Sequence record: DRR723986_6608
Strand: one strand, 5' to 3'
DNA: 38,652 bases
Under the pieces are notes generated by a model that was given only the letters and a program-made list of their open reading frames with translations, had not been told where the DNA came from and did not search any database. Numbering within the stretch: position 1 is the first letter of the stretch; each line of letters opens with the position of its first letter. The position numbers were made by a program, and so were the translations under genes. Below are positions 28,947 to 38,652 of this stretch, piece after piece.

Positions 28947-31577
28947 ATGGCTGACAATGCAAATGAAATTCTGCCGGTAAATATCGAGGATGAGCTGAAA
29001 CAGTCCTACCTCGACTATGCAATGAGCGTAATTGTTGGGCGCGCCTTGCCCGATGTGCGCGATGGCCTCAAACCGGTGCACCGTCGGGTGTTGTTCGCGA
29101 TGAGCGAGCTGAGCAACGACTGGAACAAAGCGTATAAGAAATCTGCTCGTGTCGTTGGTGACGTGATCGGTAAGTACCACCCACACGGCGACTCGGCGGT
29201 TTACGACACGATTGTCCGCATGGCGCAGCCATTTTCCATGCGGTATATGCTGGTGGATGGTCAAGGTAACTTCGGCTCGATTGACGGTGATAACGCGGCG
29301 GCAATGCGTTATACCGAGATTCGCATGCAGAAAATCTCCCATGAGATGCTTGCCGACCTCGATAAAGAAACGGTCGACTGGGTGCCTAACTACGACGGTA
29401 CTGAACAAATCCCTGCCGTATTGCCCACCAAAATTCCCAGTCTGTTGGTCAATGGTTCCTCGGGTATCGCCGTTGGTATGGCGACGAATATCCCCCCCCA
29501 CAACCTGACCGAAGTGGTTAACGGCTGTTTGGCGCTGTTGGACAATCCCGACATTTCGATTGATGAATTGATGGAGCATATTCCAGGGCCGGACTTCCCA
29601 ACGGCGGCGATCATCAACGGTCGAGCGGGCATTGTAGATGCCTACCGAACCGGCCGCGGTCGGATTTATGTGCGCTCTCGCGCTGAAGTAATCAGCAATG
29701 AAAAAACCAACAAAGACACCATCGTCATTACCGAGCTGCCCTACCAAGTCAACAAGGCGCGCTTGATCGAGAAAATTGCCGAGCTGGTAAAAGACAAAAA
29801 AATTGAAGGTATTGCCGAGCTCCGCGACGAATCTGACAAAGACGGCCTGCGCGTTGTGATTGAAATGAAGCGCGGCGAAAGCGGTGAGGTGGTGCTGAAT
29901 AATCTGTATGCACAAACGCAGCTGCAGAATGTTTTTGGCATCAATATTGTCGCCTTGGTGGACAATCAGCCGCGCATTCTCAACCTCAAGGAGTTGCTGG
30001 AGTACTTTGTTCGCCACCGCCGTGAGGTGGTAACGCGGCGCACTGTGTACTTGCTGCGCAAAGCGCGTGAGCGCGGTCATGTGTTGGAAGGTCTTGCGGT
30101 AGCGATCTCGAATATCGACGAGGTGATTGCCACGATCAAGGCGTCGGCGACGACGCAAGAAGCCAAAGAAAACCTGATCTCCCGCGGTTGGGCGCTCGGT
30201 GAAGTAAGTGCCATGCTCGAGCGAGCCGGCGAAGATGCCTGCCGCCCCGATGAGCTGGAAGAGCAGTACGGCGTTCGCGATGGCAACTATTGGCTGTCGC
30301 CGGCGCAGGTTCAAGCCATCCTTGAGCTGCGTCTGCAAAAACTCACCGGGCTTGAGCATGAGAAACTGTTGGCCGAGTACCAGGAAAAGCTGGCAGAAAT
30401 TGCCGAGTATTTGAGTATTTTGGCCGATCCGCAGGTGCTGCTGAACGTTATTCGCGGCGAGCTAGAGCAAGTTGTTGCGGATTTTGGCGATGAGCGCCGC
30501 ACCGAAATTGTTGCCTCTCAGCTCGATTTAACCCACGAAGATCTGATCCCTGAAGAAGACCGCGTGGTGACCATCTCCCACGGCGGTTATGCCAAGTCGC
30601 AGCCGCTTGATGCCTACGCGGCGCAGCGTCGCGGCGGGATGGGTAAGTCGGCGACGGCAGTAAAAGAAGAGGACTTTGTCGAGCACCTGTTGGTGGCCAA
30701 TACCCACGACACTATCTTGTGCTTCAGTAATATCGGCAAAGTGTATTGGTTGAAGGTCTACCAAATTCCGGTTGCAGGCCGCAATTCTCGCGGGCGCCCG
30801 ATGGTCAATCTATTGCCACTGGGTGAGGATGAGCGCATTACCTCTATCCTTCCGGTTCACGAGTATACCGAGGGCTACTTTATCTTCATGGCGACCGCCA
30901 ACGGCACCGTTAAGAAAACGCCTCTTGAGGCCTTCTCCCGCCCGCGTAGCGTCGGTTTGATCGCGCTAGCGCTGGATGAAGGGGACGTGCTGATCGGCAC
31001 TGAGATCACCGACGGCAGCAACGATGTCATGTTGCTGACCAGCGGCGGGAAAGCGGCGCGCTTTGCTGAGGGCGATGTACGGGCCATGGGTCGTACCGCG
31101 CGCGGTGTGCGCGGCGTGCGTATGGACGACGACCAGCAGGTCATCGCAATGATCATTCCCAAGACCGGTGGGCGGGTGCTGACGGTGTCAGAAAACGGTT
31201 ACGGTAAGCGAACCGATGTAGACGATTTCCCCTGTAAAGGCCGAGGAAATCGCGGCGTTATCGCCATGACGATGAGCGACCGTAACGGGGCACTGGTTGG
31301 CGCCGTACAGGTATTTGATGGTGATGATCTGATGCTGATCACCGACCAGGGAACCTTGGTGCGTACCCGCACCGATGAGATCTCTTTGCTCAGCCGTAAT
31401 ACTCAGGGCGTGAAGGTGATTCGTTTGCGTGACGACGAGCATTTAGTCGGCGTACAGCGTGTCGCAGAGCAAGACGTAGACGATGTGGTTGAGGATGTTG
31501 AGCTCAGTGCTGAGGCGCCCGCTGGTGAGGCCCCTGCTGCTGATGACGCAGACAACAACAGCCCGGCTGCCGAATAA
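28947..31577 (+). CDS. gyrA: DNA gyrase subunit A
   Basis: [27 protein letters not shown], catalytic AAMRYTE, GyrA-box QRRGGMG and an acidic tail. TTG 28938 is an alternative start. Confidence 0.98.
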   Translation: MADNANEILPVNIEDELKQSYLDYAMSVIVGRALPDVRDGLKPVHRRVLFAMSELSNDWNKAYKKSARVVGDVIGKYHPHGDSAVYDTIVRMAQPFSMRYMLVDGQGNFGSIDGDNAAAMRYTEIRMQKISHEMLADLDKETVDWVPNYDGTEQIPAVLPTKIPSLLVNGSSGIAVGMATNIPPHNLTEVVNGCLALLDNPDISIDELMEHIPGPDFPTAAIINGRAGIVDAYRTGRGRIYVRSRAEVISNEKTNKDTIVITELPYQVNKARLIEKIAELVKDKKIEGIAELRDESDKDGLRVVIEMKRGESGEVVLNNLYAQTQLQNVFGINIVALVDNQPRILNLKELLEYFVRHRREVVTRRTVYLLRKARERGHVLEGLAVAISNIDEVIATIKASATTQEAKENLISRGWALGEVSAMLERAGEDACRPDELEEQYGVRDGNYWLSPAQVQAILELRLQKLTGLEHEKLLAEYQEKLAEIAEYLSILADPQVLLNVIRGELEQVVADFGDERRTEIVASQLDLTHEDLIPEEDRVVTISHGGYAKSQPLDAYAAQRRGGMGKSATAVKEEDFVEHLLVANTHDTILCFSNIGKVYWLKVYQIPVAGRNSRGRPMVNLLPLGEDERITSILPVHEYTEGYFIFMATANGTVKKTPLEAFSRPRSVGLIALALDEGDVLIGTEITDGSNDVMLLTSGGKAARFAEGDVRAMGRTARGVRGVRMDDDQQVIAMIIPKTGGRVLTVSENGYGKRTDVDDFPCKGRGNRGVIAMTMSDRNGALVGAVQVFDGDDLMLITDQGTLVRTRTDEISLLSRNTQGVKVIRLRDDEHLVGVQRVAEQDVDDVVEDVELSAEAPAGEAPAADDADNNSPAAE

Positions 31578-31621
31578 AGCGGATTACACATTTTTTAAAC
31601 ATGGTTGGAGCGAAGTAAACA

Positions 31622-32701
31622 ATGGCGCGTGTTTATAATTTTTGCGCAGGACCTGCGGCAATTCCCGAGGCAGTGTTGAGCCAGGCGAAGGATGAATTGC
31701 TGGATTGGAGAGGCCGCGGCTTATCGGTGATGGAAATGAGTCACCGCTCAGAAGAAATGGTCTCTATTGCCAGTGAAGCAGAAGCAGATTTGCGTGAGCT
31801 GATGGGGATCAGCGACGACTATGCGGTGTTATTCCTGCAAGGTGGCGCCAGCTCACAGTTTTCAGCAGTGCCGCTGAACCTGTGCGAAGAGGGTGCCACG
31901 GTTGACTATGTGAACACCGGGCAGTGGTCTAAAAAAGCCATTAAAGAAGCCAAGCGTTATGCCAACGTAAATGTTGTTGCCAGCTCAGAGGCGGATAATT
32001 TTGCCAGCATTCCGGCTTTCGACAGTTGGCAGCTCAGCGACAACGCGGCATACCTGCATTACACCCCGAACGAAACCATTGGCGGTGTCGAATTCTTCTG
32101 GACGCCTGAGGTGCAAGCACCGCTGGTTGCAGATATGTCATCGACGATTCTGTCTCGCCCTATTGATGTGAATCAGTTCGGTGTTATCTATGCCGGCGCG
32201 CAAAAGAACATTGGCCCGGCAGGGTTGACCATTGTGATTGTGCGCAAAGATTTACTCGGTAAGTCACGTGCAATTACGCCAACCATGCTGGATTACCAAA
32301 CCGCAGCCGATAACGACTCCATGTACAACACGCCGCCTACGCTGGCGTGGTACTTGTCGGGCCTGGTCTTTAAATGGCTCAAGGCACAGGGAGGCTTGGA
32401 AGCAGTGGAAGCGGTGAATCGCCGCAAGGCCGAAAAGCTCTATGGCTATATCGATGGCAGTGGCTTCTACAGTAACCCTGTTGAAGTGGCGAGTCGCTCG
32501 TTGATGAATGTGCCTTTTGTGCTGGCGGATAGCGGTCTCGACAAAGCGTTCCTGGCCGGTGCAGACGACGCTGGTTTGCTTAACTTGAAGGGCCACCGCT
32601 CGGTCGGCGGCATGCGCGCGAGCATCTACAATGCTGTGCCCGAAGCCGCTGTTGATGCATTGATCGATTACATGAAAGATTTCGCCAGAGAGAACGGCTA
32701 A
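31622..32701 (+). CDS. serC: phosphoserine aminotransferase
   Basis: NFCAGPA, EMSHRS, YAGAQKN and GHRSVGGMRAS. Confidence 0.97.
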   Translation: MARVYNFCAGPAAIPEAVLSQAKDELLDWRGRGLSVMEMSHRSEEMVSIASEAEADLRELMGISDDYAVLFLQGGASSQFSAVPLNLCEEGATVDYVNTGQWSKKAIKEAKRYANVNVVASSEADNFASIPAFDSWQLSDNAAYLHYTPNETIGGVEFFWTPEVQAPLVADMSSTILSRPIDVNQFGVIYAGAQKNIGPAGLTIVIVRKDLLGKSRAITPTMLDYQTAADNDSMYNTPPTLAWYLSGLVFKWLKAQGGLEAVEAVNRRKAEKLYGYIDGSGFYSNPVEVASRSLMNVPFVLADSGLDKAFLAGADDAGLLNLKGHRSVGGMRASIYNAVPEAAVDALIDYMKDFARENG

Positions 32702-32705
32702 GGTC

Positions 32706-33851
32706 ATGACGAAGCCCGAAGATAAGCCGGTTGATCTTAACTCCTTGCGTCAAGACATCGACAGCATCGACAGTCAAATTCACGCCTTACTCAATCGACG
32801 AGCACGGTGCGCGCAACAAGTCGCCGAAGTAAAGCAGCGTGAGTTTGAGGCCGCGAAGCAGTTCGAGTCAGACAAGGGCAGCAGCAGTGCCCAGCAGCTA
32901 CTGTTTTATCGACCCGAGCGCGAGGCGCAGGTGTTGGCGCGGGTTAAGGAAGCAAATCAGGGGCCGCTGGCGGATGATACGGTTGCCTATATCTTTCGGG
33001 AGATTATGTCGGCCTGTTTGGCCTTAGAAAAACCCATGGAAGTGGCCTATCTGGGGCCGGAAGGCACGTTCACCCAAGCGGCGGCGCTCAAGCACTTCGG
33101 CCATGCGGTAATTAGCGTCCCCCAGGCGACCATTGACGGTGTGTTTTCACAGGTGGAATCCGGGCAGTGCCATTACGGCGTTGTCCCTGTGGAAAACTCC
33201 ACTGAGGGGATGGTGTCACATACCCTCGACGCCTTCATGAATTCGCCGTTGAAGATTTGTGGTGAAGTGGAACTGCGGGTTCGGCTCAATTTGTTGGTCG
33301 GTGAAGGTGGCAGCGAACAAGCGATTATGCGAATTTGTGCGCACCAGCAGGCATTGGCGCAAAGCCGTCGCTGGCTGGATGCAAATTTCCCGAATGTTGA
33401 ACGGGTCGCGGTCAGCAGTAATGGCGAAGCCGCAAGAATGGCTGCTGAGCAAAAGGGCATTGCTGCCATAGCCGGCGATCTGGCGGCGCAGCAATACGGC
33501 CTGAGCAAGCTGGCGGTGAATATTGAAGATCAGCCTGACAACACCACGCGGTTCTTGGTGATTGGCAAGGAAGATGTGTCTGCCAGCGGCCGGGATAAAA
33601 CGTCGATTGTTGTATCTGCCCACAACCGCCCCGGCGCCCTGTTCAAACTGCTCGAACCCTTCGAGCAGGCTAATGTCATGTTAACCCGCATCGACACCCG
33701 CCCGTCGCGGACGGAAACCTGGACTTACGTCTTTTTTATCGAGTTTGAAGGCCATCAGAATGACCCGAAAGTGGCCGATATTCTCGATACCATCGCCCAG
33801 CAAACGGTGATGTGTAAAATTCTTGGCTCATACCCCAAGGCGGCGTTGTAA
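32706..33851 (+). CDS. pheA: chorismate mutase/prephenate dehydratase (P-protein)
   Basis: LRQDIDSID..RPERE, YLGPEGTF, PVENSTEG and NTTRF; C-terminal ACT domain. Confidence 0.96.
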   Translation: MTKPEDKPVDLNSLRQDIDSIDSQIHALLNRRARCAQQVAEVKQREFEAAKQFESDKGSSSAQQLLFYRPEREAQVLARVKEANQGPLADDTVAYIFREIMSACLALEKPMEVAYLGPEGTFTQAAALKHFGHAVISVPQATIDGVFSQVESGQCHYGVVPVENSTEGMVSHTLDAFMNSPLKICGEVELRVRLNLLVGEGGSEQAIMRICAHQQALAQSRRWLDANFPNVERVAVSSNGEAARMAAEQKGIAAIAGDLAAQQYGLSKLAVNIEDQPDNTTRFLVIGKEDVSASGRDKTSIVVSAHNRPGALFKLLEPFEQANVMLTRIDTRPSRTETWTYVFFIEFEGHQNDPKVADILDTIAQQTVMCKILGSYPKAAL

Positions 33852-33882
33852 GCCTTGGCACTCGATTTACAGAGGCACTAGC

Positions 33883-34989
33883 ATGACCTGCGATTTTATT
33901 GCCCAGGCCAACGAAGGTATTCAGGGTTTACAGCCCTATCAGCCTGGCAAGCCGATAGAGGAATTGGAGCGCGAACTCGGTCTGAGCGACGTCGTAAAGT
34001 TGGCCAGCAACGAAAACCCGCTCGGTGCGCCTGGCTCCGCGCTGTCTGCCTATGCCGCGGCTGCAGCACAGCTCCACCTTTATCCGGATGCCGGCGGTTT
34101 TGCCTTAAAGTCGCTGCTAGCGGAGTCCCTGGGTGTGGAGTCCGCGCAGCTGACCCTGGGCAACGGTTCAAATGACGTGTTGGATCTGCTCGGCAGAGTA
34201 TTTCTGGATGCCGAGAGCAGCGCTGTGTTTTCGCAGTATGCCTTTATTGTGTACCCCATTGCGGTGCAGGCGGCTGGTGCCCAAGCGCGAATTGCGCCTG
34301 CCAAAGACTGGGGGCACGACCTTGACGCGATGGCGGCGTTGATCGATAACACAACGCGGCTGGTTTTTATCGCCAATCCGAATAATCCGACAGGCACTTG
34401 GCTTGATGAGAAAGCCCTGCGCGGGTTTATGGCAGCGGTTCCCGAGAACGTTGTGGTGGTGTTGGATGAAGCCTACTGCGAATACGTGGATGAAGCGGCG
34501 TACCCAGATAGCATTGCGATGCTGGCGGACTACCCAAATTTGGTTGTCACTCGGACGTTTTCAAAGGCCTATGGGCTGGCCGGATTGCGGGTAGGTTATG
34601 CAGTTAGTCACCCCGATATTGCCGATTTACTGAACCGTGTGCGCGCCCCCTTCAATGTTAGTGTGCCGGCAATGGCAGCCGCGGCCGCTGCTTACCGCGA
34701 TCACGAGTATCTGCAGCAAAGCCTCCAGGTAAACACCGCGGGGCGAGAGCAGCTTGTTGCCGCTTTTGATGAACTCGGCCTGCCTTATATTCCTTCGGTG
34801 GGTAATTTCATTACCGTGGAAATGCCCAGCGATGCTATGCCGTACTACCAGGCCTTGCTTGAGAAGGGCGTGATTGTGCGTCCGATTGGTGTTTACGGTA
34901 TGCCGAGGCACTTGCGGGTGTCGATCGGCCTAGAGCAAGAAAATCAGCGCTTTATTAGTGCCCTGAAAGAGGTGTTGGCTCCGGCGTGA
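33883..34989 (+). CDS. hisC: histidinol-phosphate/aromatic aminotransferase
   Basis: PYQPGK, KLASNENPLG, NPNNPTG, DEAY and TFSKAYGLAGLRVGY; GAGG RBS before ATG 33883. Confidence 0.95.
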   Translation: MTCDFIAQANEGIQGLQPYQPGKPIEELERELGLSDVVKLASNENPLGAPGSALSAYAAAAAQLHLYPDAGGFALKSLLAESLGVESAQLTLGNGSNDVLDLLGRVFLDAESSAVFSQYAFIVYPIAVQAAGAQARIAPAKDWGHDLDAMAALIDNTTRLVFIANPNNPTGTWLDEKALRGFMAAVPENVVVVLDEAYCEYVDEAAYPDSIAMLADYPNLVVTRTFSKAYGLAGLRVGYAVSHPDIADLLNRVRAPFNVSVPAMAAAAAAYRDHEYLQQSLQVNTAGREQLVAAFDELGLPYIPSVGNFITVEMPSDAMPYYQALLEKGVIVRPIGVYGMPRHLRVSIGLEQENQRFISALKEVLAPA

Positions 34990-35882
34990 AGATTGGCAAG
35001 TTAACCATTATTGGCCTTGGCTTAATGGGCGGCTCGTTGGCCAAGGCATTGAAGGCCAAGGGTGTTGTCGAACATGTTTGGGCAACGGGGCGGCGCGCTG
35101 CCTCATTAGAGCGCGGCTTGGCCTTGGGTGTGATTGATCACTGGACGCTGGATTTAGCCAAGGCGGTTCGCGATGCCGATGTGGTACTGATTGCTACGCC
35201 TACGCTGGTTGCCGAGCAAGTGATGGCCGACCTCGCGCCGCTGCTCAGCGAGCGCACCATTGTTACTGATGTGGCCAGTGTAAAGGGAAATATTCTTCGC
35301 GCGGCGGAGTCAGTGTTCGGTGAACTGCCGGCGCGTTTCGTATTGGCTCACCCGATTGCCGGGTCTGAGCAAAGCGGGGTAGAGGCGGCAAAGACGGATC
35401 TCTTTGTCGATCATCGGGTGATCCTCACGCCGCTGGACAGCAATGATGCTGATGCCGTCGCGACGGTTCGCGAAATGTGGCAACACGCCGGGGCAGAAGT
35501 TGTCGATATGGCGGTTGATGAGCACGACGCCGTGCTGGCGGCGACCAGTCATTTGCCTCACGTACTGGCCTATACCCTGGTTGACGCGCTGGCTGCCAGT
35601 GGCAGCGCCGCCGATATCTTCCGTTTCGCCGCCGGGGGATTTCGCGACTTTACGCGCATCGCCTCCAGCGACCCAACGATGTGGCACGATATTGTATTGG
35701 CGAACCGCCAAGCGATTCTTAACGGTCTGGATACCTTTGCCGATCATTTGACCGAGGTTCGCCAGCTTATTGCGGACTCGGATGGCCCCGCGATTAAACA
35801 AGTCTTTAGTCGCGCCAAACAGGCGCGAGATGAGCACTTTCTCGGGCAGTACATGGTCGGGCGCAAGCAAACTAAATCTTAA
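34986..35882 (+). CDS. tyrA: prephenate/cyclohexadienyl dehydrogenase
   Basis: GLGLMGGS, TDVASVK, HPIAGSE, SHLPH and GGFRDFTRIASS. Confidence 0.93.
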   Translation: MKIGKLTIIGLGLMGGSLAKALKAKGVVEHVWATGRRAASLERGLALGVIDHWTLDLAKAVRDADVVLIATPTLVAEQVMADLAPLLSERTIVTDVASVKGNILRAAESVFGELPARFVLAHPIAGSEQSGVEAAKTDLFVDHRVILTPLDSNDADAVATVREMWQHAGAEVVDMAVDEHDAVLAATSHLPHVLAYTLVDALAASGSAADIFRFAAGGFRDFTRIASSDPTMWHDIVLANRQAILNGLDTFADHLTEVRQLIADSDGPAIKQVFSRAKQARDEHFLGQYMVGRKQTKS

Positions 35883-35903
35883 CGTACAGCAGAGACAATA
35901 CTT

Positions 35904-37205
35904 GTGGAATTTCTAGCTCAACCCGGTGGTACGGTGAACGGTACCGTTCGGGTTCCTGGTGATAAATCGATCTCCCATCGCTCCATTATGTTCGGTGCTA
36001 TCGCCGACGGCACAACCACCGTTGAAGGCTTTCTTGAGGGTGAAGATGCGCTGTCCACGCTGAAGGCGTTTCAAGCGATGGGTGTCGAGATAGAGGGGCC
36101 TGATGCCGGTCGCGTGACGATCCACGGTGTCGGCCGAGACGGCCTTCAGGCGCCAGCGGGCGAACTGTATATGGGTAATTCCGGTACCTCCATGCGCCTA
36201 TTGGCGGGCCTGCTGGCGGGGCAACCGTTTGACGTGACGATGACCGGCGATGTGTCGTTAAGTAAACGACCGATGGAGCGTGTGGCGGCGCCGCTGCGTG
36301 AAATGGGTGCGGTGGTTGAAACCGCAGAAGGCGGGCGTCCGCCCTTAACCCTGCGCGGTGGCCAACAGCTTAAGGCGATAGACTATGTGTTGCCTATGGC
36401 CAGCGCCCAGGTGAAATCCTGTGTCTTGCTTGCCGGTATGTATGCTGAGGGCGAAACGCGTACCACCGAACCTGCGCCAACCCGTGATCACAGCGAGCGT
36501 ATGCTGAAAGGCTTTGGTTATCCGGTGGCAGTCAGCGGTTCCACGGCAACGTTGAGCGGGGGGCATCGCTTGAAGGCGGTACATATAGATGTGCCTGCCG
36601 ATATCTCCTCTGCGGCCTTTTTCATGGTGGCGGCCAGTATTGCTCCCGGTGCAGATTTAACGCTGCAGCATGTGGGTATTAACCCTACCCGCGTCGGTAT
36701 TATTAATATTCTGCGGGAGATGGGCGGCGACATTACCCTGAGCAATGAGCGCGAGGTAGGCGGTGAGCCGGTTGCCGATATACGTGTTCGCTACGCACCG
36801 CTCAAGGGCATCGACATTCCTGAAGAGCAAGTGCCTTTAGCCATCGACGAATTCCCCGTGCTGTTTGTCGCCGCGGCCTGCGCCGAGGGGCGTACCGTGC
36901 TGCGCGGCGCGGAAGAGTTGCGGGTAAAAGAGAGTGACCGCATTCAAGTCATGGCCGATGGCTTGGTCTCTTTGGGGGTGAATGCGCAGGCGACGCCAGA
37001 TGGCATCATTATCGATGGCGGTCCGATAGGCGGTGGCCGCGTGAATAGCCATCACGATCACCGCATTGCTATGTCGTTCTCTGTCGCTGCGCTGCGAGCG
37101 AGCGATACCATTCATATCGAAGACTGCGACAACGTCGCTACCTCCTTCCCCAACTTTGTTGAGTTGGCGACGCAAGTCGGTATGCGGATTGAGGTGTGCA
37201 AATGA
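35904..37205 (+). CDS. aroA: EPSP synthase (class II)
   Basis: [35 protein letters not shown] and DHRIAM. Confidence 0.97.
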   Translation: MEFLAQPGGTVNGTVRVPGDKSISHRSIMFGAIADGTTTVEGFLEGEDALSTLKAFQAMGVEIEGPDAGRVTIHGVGRDGLQAPAGELYMGNSGTSMRLLAGLLAGQPFDVTMTGDVSLSKRPMERVAAPLREMGAVVETAEGGRPPLTLRGGQQLKAIDYVLPMASAQVKSCVLLAGMYAEGETRTTEPAPTRDHSERMLKGFGYPVAVSGSTATLSGGHRLKAVHIDVPADISSAAFFMVAASIAPGADLTLQHVGINPTRVGIINILREMGGDITLSNEREVGGEPVADIRVRYAPLKGIDIPEEQVPLAIDEFPVLFVAAACAEGRTVLRGAEELRVKESDRIQVMADGLVSLGVNAQATPDGIIIDGGPIGGGRVNSHHDHRIAMSFSVAALRASDTIHIEDCDNVATSFPNFVELATQVGMRIEVCK

Positions 37206-37885
37206 CCCTTCCCGTGATTTGTATTGATGGCCCCAGTGGTTCGGGCAAAGGCACGCTCTGTCAGATGCTGGCACTCAAGTTGGGCTGGCATTTACTCGAC
37301 AGTGGCGCGTTGTATCGCCTGGTGGGGATGGCGGCTGATAAACATCAATTGGATTTTTCCGATGAACAGGCGGTGGCGGCTTTGGCGGCGGATTTAGATG
37401 TTGCCTTCCTGCCTGGCCAAGCCGGTGAGCCGAGTCGAGTGATGCTAGAGGGTGTGGATGTCAGCGGTGAGCTTCGTACTGAAACCACTGGACTGCTGGC
37501 GTCGAAGGTTGCGGTGCTGCCCGCTGTTCGACAGGCATTGCTGCAGCGCCAGCGTGACTTTGTGCAAGCGCCAGGCCTGGTTGCCGATGGCCGTGATATG
37601 GGAACCGTTGTTTTCCCCGACTCACCATTGAAGGTGTTTCTCACTGCCAGTGCCGAGGAGCGCGCACGTCGTCGCTACAAGCAGTTGAAAGACAAGGGCG
37701 ATAGTGTTAACCTCGCGACCCTTTTAAAAGAGATCCAAGAGCGTGATCGGCGTGACTCTGAGCGCGAGCATTCACCGCTTAAGCCAGCGGACGATGCGGT
37801 GCTGATAGACAGCAGCTCACTGGGGATCGAGCAAGTTTTTGAGCGGGTACTCACGGAAGTGAGTGCGCGTTTTTCTGCGTGTTGA
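37202..37885 (+). CDS. cmk: cytidylate kinase
   Basis: [19 protein letters not shown] and [15 protein letters not shown] overlap with the aroA stop. Confidence 0.97.
   Translation: MTLPVICIDGPSGSGKGTLCQMLALKLGWHLLDSGALYRLVGMAADKHQLDFSDEQAVAALAADLDVAFLPGQAGEPSRVMLEGVDVSGELRTETTGLLASKVAVLPAVRQALLQRQRDFVQAPGLVADGRDMGTVVFPDSPLKVFLTASAEERARRRYKQLKDKGDSVNLATLLKEIQERDRRDSEREHSPLKPADDAVLIDSSSLGIEQVFERVLTEVSARFSAC
37685..37713 (+). promoter_or_regulatory. internal rpsA promoter within cmk
   Basis: TTGAAA-N17-TAACCT with an extended TG; resembles the known rpsA promoter inside E. coli cmk. Confidence 0.6.
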
Positions 37886-37904
37886 GCGCAGTAGTTGTTT
37901 CTAA

Positions 37905-38025
37905 GGGTGTTTCCGGCGGTGTTAAAGCCAGCTAGTCGTCGGAAGGACTTTAAAAAACTGACCCGCGTTAGCTGGTAATGCGGCGATATGGTGGTTATAC
38001 CACTGCTAATTTCAGGTAATGACTA
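37905..38025 (+). promoter_or_regulatory. structured rpsA 5' leader
   Basis: Three hairpins (about 37911-37944, 37963-37983 and 37990-38004), with an A/T-rich linker after the first. Confidence 0.55.
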
Positions 38026-38652
38026 ATGAGCGAAAGCTTTGCTGAACTGTTTGAAGAAAGTTTAAAAACGATCGATATGAAGCCCGGTTCTATCGTAACC
38101 GGCGTAGTTATCGATATCGACAGCGACTGGGTAACCGTACACGCTGGTCTGAAGTCAGAAGGGGTTATCCCTCGCGATCAATTCGTTGCTGAAGGCGGCG
38201 ATTTCTCTCTGCAAATTGGCGACGAGGTGCAGGTTGCACTGGAGTCTGTTGAAGATGGTTTCGGTGAAACCCGTCTGTCTCGCGAGAAAGCAAAGCGCGC
38301 CGAAGCATGGACCGCACTGGAAGCTGCCTACGAGGCAGAAGAAACAGTAACCGGTATCATTAACGGCAAAGTAAAAGGTGGTTTCACCGTCGACATCAAC
38401 AGCATCCGCGCGTTCCTGCCCGGCTCATTGGTTGATGTACGCCCCGTGCGCGACACCGCTCACCTGGAAGGCAAAGAACTCGAATTTAAAGTGATCAAGC
38501 TGGACCAGAAGCGCAACAACGTTGTTGTTTCTCGTCGTGCGGTTCTGGAAAGTGTTAACAGCGAAGAGCGCGAAGCACTGCTGGAATCTCTGCAAGAAGG
38601 CATGGTTGTCAAAGGTATCGTTAAGAACCTGACCGACTACGGTGCATTCGTA
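38026..38652 (+). CDS. rpsA: 30S ribosomal protein S1 (3'-truncated; not in ORF track)
   Basis: Manual translation [26 protein letters not shown]...GLKSEG...LSREKAKR...KVKGGFTV...AFLPGS...KNLTDYGAF. Confidence 0.98.
   Translation, partial: MSESFAELFEESLKTIDMKPGSIVTGVVIDIDSDWVTVHAGLKSEGVIPRDQFVAEGGDFSLQIGDEVQVALESVEDGFGETRLSREKAKRAEAWTALEAAYEAEETVTGIINGKVKGGFTVDINSIRAFLPGSLVDVRPVRDTAHLEGKELEFKVIKLDQKRNNVVVSRRAVLESVNSEEREALLESLQEGMVVKGIVKNLTDYGAFV

Noticed and set aside
28941..30359. 472-aa antisense ORF inside gyrA
   Set aside because: Shadow ORF in register with a conserved gene; explained by codon bias, with no recognisable motifs.
1..38652. CRISPR arrays, IS elements, prophage, tRNA/rRNA, gyrA intein
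   Set aside because: No spaced direct repeats, transposase, integrase or phage genes, or cloverleaf-like sequences were seen by eye; intergenic gaps are short and GyrA is of normal length.

Overview
Core-genome-like segment from a gammaproteobacterium; gene content and order suggest a Cellvibrionales/Pseudomonadales-like lineage (inference). In order: a 5'-truncated GGDEF-EAL protein, a serine hydrolase, a DUF3336-patatin lipase, a YeeE/YedE pair, a DUF2505 protein and dusC; then a second GspC-like protein, a rubredoxin and a DUF3012-like lipoprotein directly upstream of a complete type II secretion operon gspCDEFGHIJKLMN. Next is a convergent operon of a 47-aa ORF, an exported glutathione peroxidase and a DUF3080-like lipoprotein, followed by a DEDDh/GIY-YIG nuclease, a class V aminotransferase and an HDOD protein. 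The window ends with the conserved mtaD-ubiG-gph/mupP-yciK block divergent from gyrA-serC-pheA-hisC-tyrA-aroA-cmk-rpsA (3'-truncated). The ORF track misses the three sub-60-aa genes and rpsA. I saw no mobile elements, CRISPR arrays, tRNAs or rRNAs. The best leads are the T2SS accessory region (GspC paralog, small lipoprotein, Cys-bearing secretin tail), the small-ORF/GPx/lipoprotein operon, and tyrA and aroA lying in one frame separated by a single stop codon.
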